Positions 30,001-42,369 of a stretch of DNA of 64,000 nucleotides are shown in pieces. The position numbers and the translations under genes are program-made. Each line of letters begins with the position of its first letter. Positions within the stretch are counted from its first letter, which is position 1. The notes under the pieces were generated by a model. The model made no database searches, was not told the DNA's origin, and saw only the letters and a list, made by a program, of their open reading frames with translations. Source of the DNA: the human T2T-CHM13v2.0 reference genome, Homo sapiens; assembly GCF_009914755.1 (NCBI RefSeq), contig NC_060944.1. One strand, written 5' to 3'.

Positions 30001-33000
30001 AGGTAGAACTCTGTGAGAAGAATGCACACATCACAAAGAAGTTTCTCAGAATATATTTGTGTAGTTTTTATTTGAGGATAGTTCCTTTTCTACCATAGGC
30101 TGCAAAGGGCTCCAAATATCCACTTGCAGATGGTACAAAGAGAGAGATTCTAAACTGCTCAATCAAAAGGTAGTTTCAACCCTGTGATATGAATGCACAC
30201 ATCCCAGAGAAGTTTCTCAAAATGCTTCTGTTTAGTTTTTATTTGAAGATATTTCCTTTTCCACCATACGCCTCAAAGGTCTCCAAATATCCACATGCTG
30301 CTTCTACAAAAAGAGAGATTAAAAAATGTTCTATCAAAATATAGGTTCAACTCTGTGAGTTGAATGCGCACATCACAAAAAGTTTCTCAGAATGCTTCTG
30401 TGTAGTTTTTACGTGAAGATATCTCCTTTTCCACAATAGGCCTCAAAGCTCTCCAAATATCCGCAAGCAGAGTCTACAAAAAGAGAGATTCAAAACTGCT
30501 CAATGAAAAGATAGGTTCAACTCTGTGAGATGAGTGCACATCTCACAAAGAAGTTCCTCAGAATGCTTCTGTGTAGTTTTTATGTGAAGATATTTCCTTT
30601 TCCAAAATAGACCTCAAAGTCCTCCAAATATCCACTTCCAGACTCTATAAAAAGGTGTTTCAAAACTACTCAATCAAAAGAAAGGTTCAACTATATGAGA
30701 TAAATGCACACATCACAAAATGGTTTCTCAGAATGCTTCTGTGTAGTTTTTATTTGAAGATATTTTCTTTTCCACCATGGGCCACAAAGGGCTACTAAAA
30801 CCCACTTGCAGATTCTACAAAAAGAGAGATTCAAAACGGCTCAATCAAAAGATAGGCTCTCCCCTGTGAATTGAATGCACACATCACAAAGAAGTTTCTC
30901 AGAATGTTTCTGTGTAGTTTTTTTTTGAAGATATTTCCTTTTCCACAATAGGCCTCAAAGCTCTCCAAACATCCATTGCTAATTCTTCAAAAAGATCGCT
31001 TCAACACTGCTCTATAAAAAGGAAGTTTCAACTCCATTAGATGACTGCACACATCACAAAGAAGTTTCTCAGAATGCCTCTGTGTAGTTTGTATGTGAAG
31101 ATATTTCCTTTTCCACAGTAGGCCACAAAGGGCTCCAAATATCTACTTGCAGAATCTTCAAAAAGAGTGTTTCAAAAGTTCTCAATCAAAAGAAAAGTTA
31201 AACTCCATGAGATGAATGCATACATCACAAAGAAAGTTCTGAGAATGCTTCTGTCTTGTTTTTATGTGAAGATATTTGATTCTCTCCTGTAGGCAACAAG
31301 GCGCTCCAAATATCCACTTTCAGATACTACAAAAAGAGTGTTTTGAAACTGCTCAATCATATGATAGGTTCAACCTTGTGAGATGAATGCCCACATCACA
31401 AAGTAGCTTCTCAGAATGTTTTTGTGTAGTTTTTATTTGAAGATATTTCCTTTTCCACCATAGGCCACAAAGGGCTCCAAACTTCCACTTGCAGATTCTA
31501 CAAAAAGAGAGATTCAAAGCTGTTCAATCAAAAGATAGTTTCAACTCTGCGTGTTGAATGCACAAATCACAAAGTAGTTTCTCTGAATGCTTCTGTGTTG
31601 TGTTTGTTTATGTGAAGATATTTGCTTTTCCACTATAGGGCAAAATAGGGCTCCAAATATCCACTTGCAGATTCTGCAAAAAGGGAGATTCAAAACTGTA
31701 CAATCAAAAGATAAGTTCAAATATGTGAGTTGAATGCACACAAAACAAAGAAGTTTCTCAGAATACCTCTGTGTAGTTTTTAGGTGAATATATTTGATTT
31801 TCCACAGTAGGCCTCAAAGGGCTCCAAATATCCACTTTCAGATTCTGAAATAAGAGAGATTCAAAACTGCTCAATCAAACGATAGGTTCAAATCTGTGAG
31901 TTGAATGCACACCTCACAAAGAAGTTTCTCATAAAGTTTCTGTGTAGTTTTTATGTGAAGATATCTCCTTCTCCAAAATAGGCCTCAATGACCTCCAAAT
32001 ATGCACTTCCAGATTCCATGACAATAGTGCTTCAAAACTGCTCAATCCAAAGAAATGTTCAACACTGTGTGATGAATGCACTCATCACAAAGAAGTTTCT
32101 CTGAATGCTTCTGTGTATTTTGTATTTGAAGATATTTCCTCTTCCACCATAGGGCTCATAGGGCTCCAAATATCCACTTGCAGATTCTACAAAAAGAGTA
32201 TTCCAAAACTGCTCAATCAAAAGAAACGTCTAAAACTGTGAGATGAATGCACACATCACAAAGTAGTTTCTCAGAATGCTTCAGTGTAGTTTTTATGTGA
32301 AGACATTAGCTTGTCCACGGAAGGTCTCAAAGCGCTCCAAATATCCACTTGCAGATTCTACAAAATGAGTGTTTCAAAACTGCTCAATCATTAGATAGGT
32401 TCAACCCTGTGAGATGAATGCACACATAACAAAGAAGTTTTTCAGAATGCTTCTATGTAGTTTTTATTTGAAGGTATTTCCTTTACCACCATAGGTTGCA
32501 AGGGGCTCCAAATATCCACTTGCAGATTCTACAAAAAGAGAGATTCTAAACTGCTCAATCAACAGATACCTTCAACAATGTGAGATGAATGCACACATCA
32601 CAAATAAGTTTCACAGAATGCTTCTGGGTAGTTTTTATGTGAAGAAATTTCCCTTTCCACAATAGGCCTCAAAACGCTCTAAATATCCACTTGCAGATTC
32701 TAAAAAAAGAGTGTTTCAAAACTGCTCAATCCAAAGAAAGGTTCTACTGTATGAGATGAATGCACACATCACAAAGTACTTTCTCAGAATGCTTCTGCAT
32801 AGTTTTTATGTGAAGATATTTCCTTCTCCACTATAGGCCTCAAAAGGCTCCAAATATCCACTTGCGGATTCTAAAAAAAGAGTGTTTCAAAACTGCTGTA
32901 TCAAAACAAAGATTCAACTCTGTGAGATGAATGCACAGATCGCAAAGAAGTTTCTCAGAATGCTTCTGTGTAGTTTTTATGTGAAGATATTTGTTTTTCC

Positions 33001-36000
33001 ACAGTAGGCCCCAATGAGCTCCAAATATCCACTTGCAGATTCTACAAAAAGAGTGTTTCAAAACTGCTCAATCAACAGAGACATTCAACTCTGTGAGATG
33101 AATGCACCCATCACAAAGAAGTTTCTCAGAATGCTTCTGTGTAGTTTTTGTGTGAAGATATTTCATTTTCCACAGTACGCCTCAAAGCGCTCCAAATATC
33201 CACTCGCAGGTTCTGTAAAAAGAGAGATTCAAAACTGCTGAATCAAAAGATAGGTTCAACACTGTGACTTCAGTGCACAACTCACAAAGGAGTTTCTCAG
33301 AAATCTTCTGTGTAGTTTTTATATGAAGATATCTCCTTCTCCAAAACAGAACTCAAAGCCCTCCAAATATTCACTTCCAGACTGTACGGAAAGATTGTGT
33401 CAAAACTGCTAAATCAAAACAAAGGTTCAACTCTGTGATGAATGCACTCATCAGAAAGAAGGTTCTCTGAATGCTTCTGTGTAGTTTCTATTTGAAGATA
33501 TTTCCTTTTCCACTCTAGGGCGAAATAGGGCTCCAAATATTCACTTGCAGATTCTACGAAAAGAGAGATTCTAAACTGCTCAATCAACAGATACGTTCAA
33601 CAACTTGAGTTGAATGCACACATCACAAATAAGTTTCACAGAATGCTTCTGGGTAGTTTTTATTTGAAGAAATTTCCCTTTCCACAATAGGCCTCAAATC
33701 GCTCTAAATATCCATTTGCAGATTCTACAAAAAGAGTGTTTCAAAACTGCTCAATCAAAAGAAAGGTTCTACTCTGTGAGGTGAATGCACGCATCACAAA
33801 GTGGTTTCTCAGAATGCTTCTGCATAGTTTTTATGTGAAGATATTTCCTTCTCCACCATAGGCCTCAAAAGGCTCCAAATATCCACTTGCAGATTCTAAA
33901 AAAAGAGTGTTTCAAAACTGCTCAATCCAAAGAAAGGTTCTACTCTGTGAGATGAATGCACACATCACAAAGTAGTTTCTCAGAATGCTTCTGCATAGTT
34001 TTTATGTGAAGATATTTCCTTCTCCACTATAGGCCTCAAAAGGCTCCAAATATCCACTTGCAGATTCTGAAAAAAGAGTGTTTCAAAACTGCTGTGTCAA
34101 AAGAAAGATTCAACTCTGTTAGATGAATGCACAGATCACAAAGAAGTTTCTCAGGATGCTTCTGTGTAGTTTTTATGTGAAGATATTTGTTTTTCCACAG
34201 TAGGCCCCAATGAGCTACAAATATCCACTCGCAGATTCCGTAAAAAGAGAGATTCAAAACTGCTGAATCAAAAGATAGGTTCAACACTGTGACTTCAGTG
34301 CACACCTCACAAAGAAGTTTCTCAGAATGCTTCTTTGTAGTTTTGATATGAAGATATCTCCTTCTCCAAAATAGATCTCAAAGCCCTCCAAATATTCACT
34401 TCCAGATTCTATGGAAAGAGTCTCAAAACTGCTCAGTCAAAATAAAGGTAGAACTCTGTGAGAAGAATGCACACATCACAAAGAAGTTTCTCAGAATATA
34501 TTTGTGTAGTTTTTATTTGAGGATAGTTCCTTTTCTACCATAGGCTGCAAAGGGCTCCAAATATCCACTTGCAGATGGTACAAAGAGAGAGATTCTAAAC
34601 TGCTCAATCAAAAGGTAGTTTCAACCCTGTGATATGAATGCACACATCCCAGAGAAGTTTCTCAAAATGCTTCTGTTTAGTTTTTATTTGAAGATATTTC
34701 CTTTTCCACCATACGCCTCAAAGGTCTCCAAATATCCACATGCTGCTTCTACAAAAAGAGAGATTAAAAAATGTTCTATCAAAATATAGGTTCAACTCTG
34801 TGAGTTGAATGCGCACATCACAAAAAGTTTCTCAGAATGCTTCTGTGTAGTTTTTACGTGAAGATATCTCCTTTTCCACAATAGGCCTCAAAGCTCTCCA
34901 AATATCCGCAAGCAGAGTCTACAAAAAGAGAGATTCAAAACTGCTCAATGAAAAGATAGGTTCAACTCTGTGAGATGAGTGCACATCTCACAAAGAAGTT
35001 CCTCAGAATGCTTCTGTGTAGTTTTTATGTGAAGATATTTCCTTTTCCAAAATAGACCTCAAAGTCCTCCAAATATCCACTTCCAGACTCTATAAAAAGG
35101 TGTTTCAAAACTACTCAATCAAAAGAAAGGTTCAACTATATGAGATAAATGCACACATCACAAAATGGTTTCTCAGAATGCTTCTGTGTAGTTTTTATTT
35201 GAAGATATTTTCTTTTCCACCATGGGCCACAAAGGGCTACTAAAACCCACTTGCAGATTCTACAAAAAGAGAGATTCAAAACGGCTCAATCAAAAGATAG
35301 GCTCTCCCCTGTGAATTGAATGCACACATCACAAAGAAGTTTCTCAGAATGTTTCTGTGTAGTTTTTTTTTTGAAGATATTTCCTTTTCCACAATAGGCC
35401 TCAAAGCTCTCCAAACATCCATTGCTAATTCTTCAAAAAGATCGCTTCAACACTGCTCTATAAAAAGGAAGTTTCAACTCCATTAGATGACTGCACACAT
35501 CACAAAGAAGTTTCTCAGAATGCCTCTGTGTAGTTTGTATGTGAAGATATTTCCTTTTCCACAGTAGGCCACAAAGGGCTCCAAATATCTACTTGCAGAA
35601 TCTTCAAAAAGAGTGTTTCAAAAGTTCTCAATCAAAAGAAAAGTTAAACTCCATGAGATGAATGCATACATCACAAAGAAAGTTCTGAGAATGCTTCTGT
35701 CTTGTTTTTATGTGAAGATATTTGATTCTCTCCTGTAGGCAACAAGGCGCTCCAAATATCCACTTTCAGATACTACAAAAAGAGTGTTTTGAAACTGCTC
35801 AATCATATGATAGGTTCAACCTTGTGAGATGAATGCCCACATCACAAAGTAGCTTCTCAGAATGTTTTTGTGTAGTTTTTATTTGAAGATATTTCCTTTT
35901 CCACCATAGGCCACAAAGGGCTCCAAACTTCCACTTGCAGATTCTACAAAAAGAGAGATTCAAAGCTGTTCAATCAAAAGATAGTTTCAACTCTGCGTGT

Positions 36001-36749
36001 TGAATGCACAAATCACAAAGTAGTTTCTCTGAATGCTTCTGTGTTGTGTTTGTTTATGTGAAGATATTTGCTTTTCCACTATAGGGCAAAATAGGGCTCC
36101 AAATATCCACTTGCAGATTCTGCAAAAAGGGAGATTCAAAACTGTACAATCAAAAGATAAGTTCAAATATGTGAGTTGAATGCACACAAAACAAAGAAGT
36201 TTCTCAGAATACCTCTGTGTAGTTTTTAGGTGAATATATTTGATTTTCCACAGTAGGCCTCAAAGGGCTCCAAATATCCACTTTCAGATTCTGAAATAAG
36301 AGAGATTCAAAACTGCTCAATCAAACGATAGGTTCCAATCTGTGAGTTGAATGCACACCTCACAAAGAAGTTTCTCATAAAGTTTCTGTGTAGTTTTTAT
36401 GTGAAGATATCTCCTTCTCCAAAATAGGCCTCAATGACCTCCAAATATGCACTTCCAGATTCCATGACAATAGTGCTTCAAAACTGCTCAATCCAAAGAA
36501 ATGTTCAACACTGTGTGATGAATGCACTCATCACAAAGAAGTTTCTCTGAATGCTTCTGTGTATTTTGTATTTGAAGATATTTCCTCTTCCACCATAGGG
36601 CTCATAGGGCTCCAAATATCCACTTGCAGATTCTACAAAAAGAGTATTCCAAAACTGCTCAATCAAAAGAAACGTCTAAAACTGTGAGATGAATGCACAC
36701 ATCACAAAGTAGTTTCTCAGAATGCTTCAGTGTAGTTTTTATGTGAAGA
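1..36749 (-). repeat. Alpha-satellite higher-order repeat array, 26-mer (4445/4446 bp), about 8.3 copies, open at the left edge; CENP-B-box-less, probably an inactive SF4-like HOR
   Basis: Seen: ~171-bp monomers start at 1,172,343,518,690,861,1032,1203,1374,1545,1716,1887,2058,2229,2398,2570,2741,2912,3083,3254,3423,3594,3764,3935,4105,4277 (26 monomers). The unit recurs at 4447, 8893, 13338, 17783, 22229, 26675, 31120 and 35566, and the ORF track repeats with the same offsets. Box positions carry the pJalpha-like TTCCTTTTCCACCATAG, not a CENP-B box. The family label is inference. Confidence 0.97.
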
Positions 36750-39700
36750 TATTTGCTTTTCCATAGTAAGCCTCAAAGGTCTCCAAATATACACTTGCAG
36801 AATCTGCAAAAAGAGAGTTTCAAAACTCCTCACTCAAAAGATAATTTCAACTCTGTGAGTTGAATGCACACATCACAAAATAGTTTCTCAGAATGCTTCT
36901 TTGTAGGTTTTATGTGAAGATATTTGATTTTCCACATTAGGCCTCAAAGCGCTCCAAATATCCACTTGCAGATTCTGCAAAAAGAGAGATTAATAACTGC
37001 TCAGTGAAAAGATTGGTTCAGCTCTGTGAGTTGAATGCACACCTTTCAAAGAAGTTTCTCAGAATGCTTCTTTGTAGTTTTTGTGTGAAGATATCTCCTT
37101 CTCCAAAATAGGCCTCAAAGCCCTCCAAATATCCACTTCCAGATTCTACGAAAAGAGTGTTTCAAAACTGCTCTACCCAAAGAAAGTTTCAACTCTGTGT
37201 GATGAATGCACTCATAACAAAGAAGTTTCTCTGAATCTTTTGTGTATTTTTTATTAAAAGATATTTCCTTTTCCACCATAGGTCTCACAGGGCTCCAAAT
37301 ATCCACTTGCAGATTCCACAAAAATAGAGATTCTAAACTGCTCAATCAAAAGAGAGGTTCAACACTGTCAGTTGAATGCACACATCACAAAGAAGTGTTC
37401 AGAATGCTTCTGTATAGTTTTTATGTGAATATATATCCTTTTCCACCGTAGGCCTCAAATGGTTCCAAATATCCACTTGCAGATTATACAAAAAGAGAGC
37501 TTCAAAACAGCTCCATCAAAAGATATGTTCAACTCTGTGAGTTGAATGCACACATCACAAAGAAGTTTCTCAGAATGCTTCTGTGTAGTTTTTATTTGAA
37601 GATATTTTCTTTTCCACAATAGGCCTCAAATCTCTCCAAATATCCACTCGCAGGTTCTGTAAAAAGAGAGATTCAAAACTGCTCAATCAAAAGATTGGTT
37701 CGACTCCTTGAGTTGAATGCAAACAAAACAAAGAAGTTTCTCAGAATTCTTCTGTGTAGTGTTTATTTGAAGATATTTTCTTTTCCACAATACGCCTCAA
37801 AGCACTTCAAATATCCACTCACAGATTCTGCACAAAGAGAGGTTCAAAACTGCTCAATCAAAAGATAGGTCCAACTCTTTGAGTTGAATGCACACCTCAC
37901 AAAGAAGTTTCTCATAATTCTTCTGTGTAGTTTTTATGTGAAGATATCTCTTTCTCCAAAATAGGCCTCAAAGCCCTCCAAATATCCACTTCCAGATTCT
38001 ACAAATAATGCTTAAAACCTTCTCAATCCAAGGAAAGGTTCAACTCTGTGAGTTGAATGCACACATCACCAAGAAGTTTCTCAGAATGCTTCTGTGTGGT
38101 TTTTATCTGAAAATATTTGCTTTTCCATGGTAGGCCTCAAAGCGCTCCAAATATCCACTAGCCGATTATTCAAAGAGTGTTTTAAAACTGCTCAATCATA
38201 AGATAGGTTCAACCCTGTGAGGTGAATGCACACATCAAAAAGATGTTTCTCAGAATGCTTCTTTGTAGTTTTTAGTTAAGGATATTTCCTTTTCCACCAT
38301 AGGCCAAAAAGGTCTCCAAATATCTAGTTTCAGAGTCTACAAAAAGAGAGATTCAAAACTGCTCAATCAAAAGATAAGTTCAACTCTGTGAGTTGAATGC
38401 ACACATCACACAGAAGTTTCTAAGAATGCTTCCATGGAGTGTTTATGTGAAGATATTTGCTTTTCCACAGTAGGCCTCAAACGGCTCCAAATATCCACTT
38501 GCAGATTCTGCAAAAAGCGAGGTTCAAAACTGCTCAATTGAAACATAGGTCCAACTCTGTGAGTTAAACGCACACATGACAAAGCACATTCTCAGAATAC
38601 TTCTGTATAGTTTTTAGGTGAAGATATTTTCTTTTCAAAAATAGACCTCAAATCCCTCCAAATATCTACTTCCAGATTCTACAAAAAGAGTGTTTCAAAA
38701 CTGCTGAATCAATGAAAGGTTCCACTCTGTTTGATGAATGCACTCGTCACAAAGAAGTTTCTCTGAATGATTCTGTGCAGTTTTTATTTGAAGATATTTC
38801 CTTTTCCACCATAGGGCACAAAAGACTCCAAATATCCACTTGCACATTCTAAAAAAAGAGAGATTCAAAACTGCTCAATCAAAAGATAGGTTCAACTGTG
38901 TGAGTTGAATGCACACATCACAAAGTAGTTTCTCAGAATGCTTTTGTGTAGATTTTATGTGAAGATAGTACGTTATCCACTGTAGGCATCAAATCGCTCC
39001 AGATATAGACTTACAGATTCTAAACAAAGAGTGTTTCAAAACTGCTCAATCAAAAGAAAGTTTCAACTCTGTCAGATGAATGCACACATCACAAAGGAGT
39101 TTCTAAGAATGTTTCTGTGTAGTGGTTATGTGAAGATATTTGCTTTTCCACTGTAGGCCTCAAAGCGCTCCAAATATCCACTTGCAGATTCTGCAAAAAT
39201 AGTGTTTCAAAACTGCTCAATCAAAAGAAAGGTTCAACTCTGTGAGATGAATGCACACATCACAAAGCAGTTTCTCAGAATGCTTCTGTGTAGTTTTTAT
39301 GTGAAGATAATTTCTTTTCCATGGTAGGCCCCAATATGCTCCAAATATCCACTTGCATATTCTACAAAAAGAGTTTTTCTAAACTGCTCAATCATAAGAT
39401 AGGTTCAACCCTGTGAGATGAATGCACACATCACAAAGATGTTTCTCAGAATTCTTCTGTGTAGTTTTATGTGAAGATTTTTTTTCCATCATAGGTCTCA
39501 ATGCGCTCTGAATACCCACTTGCAGATTCTACAAAAAGAGAGATTCAAAACTGCTCAATCAAAAGATAGGTTCAACTCTGTAAATTGAATGTACACATCA
39601 CAAAGAAGTTTCTCAGAATGCTTCTGTGTAGTTTTTATGTGAGGATATATCCTTTTCCACCATAGGCTGCAAAGGGCTCCAAATATCCACTTGCAGATTC

Positions 39701-42369
39701 TACAAAAAGACATATTCAAAACTGCTATGTGAAAAGATAGGATCAACTCTGTGAGACGTGTGCACACATCACAAAGAAGTTTCTCAGAATGCTTCTGTGT
39801 AGTTTTTATGTGAAGATATTTCCTTTTCCACAGCAGGCCTCAAAGCCCTCCAAATATCCACTTCCAGATTCTACAAAAGGAGAGTTTTAAAACTGTTCTA
39901 TCAAAAGATAAGTTCAACTCTGTGAGTTGAATGCACACATCACAAAGAAGTTTCTCAGAATGCTTACGTGTAGCATTTATGTGAAGATATCTCCTTTTCC
40001 ACAACAGGCCTCAAAGCCCTCCAAATATCTACTTGCAGATTCCACAAAAAGAGAGTTTCAAAACTGCTCTGTCAAAAGATAGGTTCAACTCTGTGAGATG
40101 AATGCACACATCACAAAGAAAGTTCTCAGAATGCTTCAGTGTAGTTTTCATGTGAAGATATTTCTTTTCCCACAATAGGCCCCAAATCGCTCCAAGTAAC
40201 TACTTGTGGATTCTACAAAAAGAGCGTTTCCAAAATGCTCAGTCAAAAGAAAGGTTCAACTCAGTGAGTTGAATGCCCAAATCACATAGAAGTTTCTCAG
40301 AATGCTTCTTTGTAGTTTTCATGGGAAGATATTTCCTTTTCCACAATAGGCCTGAAGTCCTCCATATATCCATTTGCAGATTTTACAAAAAGAGTGTTTC
40401 CAAATTTCTGAATCAAAAGAGAGGTTCAACTCCGTGAGATGAATGCACACATCACAAAGAAGTTTCTCAGAATGCTTCTGTGCAGTTTTTATGAGAAGAT
40501 ATTTAATTTTCCACCATAGGCCACAAAAGGTTCCAAATATACACTTGCAGATTCTACAAAAAGAGAGTTTAAAAACTGCTCTATCAAAAGATAGGTTCTG
40601 CTTTATGAGTTGAATGCACACATCACAAAGTAGTTTCTCAAAATGCTTCTGTGTAGTTTTTATGGGAAGATATTTCCTTTTCCACTATAGGATACAAAAC
40701 GCTCCAAATGTCCACTTCCAGATTCTACAAAAAGAGATTTTAAAAATTGCTCTATCAGAAGATAGCTTCAACTCTCTGTGTTCAATGCACACATCACAAA
40801 GAAGTTTCTCAGAATGCTTCTGTGTAGTTTTTATGCTGAAGATATTTCCTTTTCCACAATAGACCTCAAAGCTCTCCAAGTATCCACTTGCAGATTTTAA
40901 TAAAGTAGAGTTTCCAAACTGCTCAATCAAAAGAGAGGTTCAGCTCTGTGAGATGAATGTCCACATCACAAAGAAGTTTCTCAGAATGCTTCTGTGTGAT
41001 TTTTATGGGATGATATTTCCTTTTCCAACATGAGCCACAAAGGGCTCCAAATGTCCACTTGCAGATTCTACATAAAGGGAATATCAAAACTGCTCAATAA
41101 AAGGAAAGGTTCAACTCTGTGAGATGAATGCACACATAACAGAGAAGTTTCTGAGGATGCATCCTTGTAGTTTTTATGGGAAGATATCTCCTTTTCCACC
41201 ATCGGCTACTTATGGCTCAAAGTATCCACTTTGAGATTCTATGAAAAGAGTGTTTCAAAACATTTCAATCTAATGCAATATTCAAAACTGTGAGATGAAT
41301 GCACACATCAGAAAGAAGTTTCTCAGAATGCTTCTGTGTAGCTTTTAGGTGAAGATATTTCCTTTTCCACCATAGGCAACAAAGGGCTCCAAATATGCAC
41401 TTGGAGATTCTACATAAAGAGAGTTTCAAAACTGCTCTATCAAAAGTTAAGTTCAACTCTGTGAGTTGAATGCACACACCACAAAGAAGTTTCTCAGAAT
41501 GCTTCTGTAGAGTTTTTATATGAAGATGTTTCCTTGTCCACCATAGGCTTCAAAGCGCTCCAAATATCCACCTGCAGATTCAACAAAAAGAGAGTTTCCA
41601 AACGGCTCAATCAAAAGAAAAGTTCAACTTTGTGAGATGAATGCACACATCACAAACAACTTTCTCAGAATGCTTCTGTGAAGTTTTTGTGTGAAGATAT
41701 TCCCTTTTCCACCATAGGCCTCAAAGCACTCCAAATATCAACCTGCAGATTCTACAAAAAGAGTGTTTCAAAACTGCTAAATCCAAAGAAAGCTTCAACT
41801 CTGTGAGAAGAATGCACTCATCACAAAGAAGTTTCTCAGAATGCTTCTGTGTAGATTTATGTGAAAACATTTCCTTTTCCATAATAGGCCTCAAAGCACT
41901 CCAAATATCCACTTGCAGATTCTGCAAAAAGAGTGTTTCCGAACTGCTCAATGAAAACAAAGTTTCAACTCTGTGAGATGAATGCACATATCATAACGGA
42001 GATTCTCAGAATGCTTCTGTGCAGTTGTTAGGTGAAGATATTTCCTTTTCCAACATAGGCCTCAAAGCATTGCAACTATCCACATGCAGATTCTACAAAA
42101 GTGAGTTTCAAAGCTGCTCTATCAAAAGATAGGTTCAACTGTAAGAGTTGAATGCACACATCACAAAGAAGTTTTTCAGAATGCTTCTGTGTAGTTTTTA
42201 TGTGAAGATGTTTCCTTTTCCACCATAGGCCTCAAAGTGCTCCTAATATCCACTTGCAGATTGTGCAAAAAGATTGTTTCAAAACTGCTCATTCAAATGA
42301 AAGTTTCAACTCTGTGAGATGAATCCACACATCACAAAGAAATTTCTCAGAATGCTTCTGCGTAGTTTT
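36750..42369 (-). repeat. Divergent monomeric alpha satellite, same orientation and monomer type as the HOR
   Basis: Continuous ~171-bp monomers (CCAAATATCCACTTGCAGATTCTAC…GAATGCACACATCACAAAGAAGTTTCTCAGAATGCTTCTGTGTAG) with no near-identical long-period copies. Confidence 0.95.
42352..42369. other. Target-site duplication, left copy (right copy at 43754-43771)
   Basis: ATGCTTCTGCGTAGTTTT versus ATGCTTCTCTGTAGTTTT, 16/18 identical. The copy ends at a TTTT/A L1 endonuclease-type site, and ATGCT is microhomology with the L1 5' junction. Confidence 0.85.

Noticed and set aside
422-36187. Four short ORFs (66-89 aa) repeated identically in every HOR unit, resembling a repeated operon
   Set aside because: They are chance open frames in alpha satellite (171 is divisible by 3). 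Their identity reflects DNA-level repeat identity, and the same pseudo-peptides appear in the monomeric satellite.
1-36749. CRISPR-like or other repeat-spacer system
   Set aside because: There are no unique spacers between short repeats; the whole 171-bp unit is homologous, and no cas-like ORFs are present.
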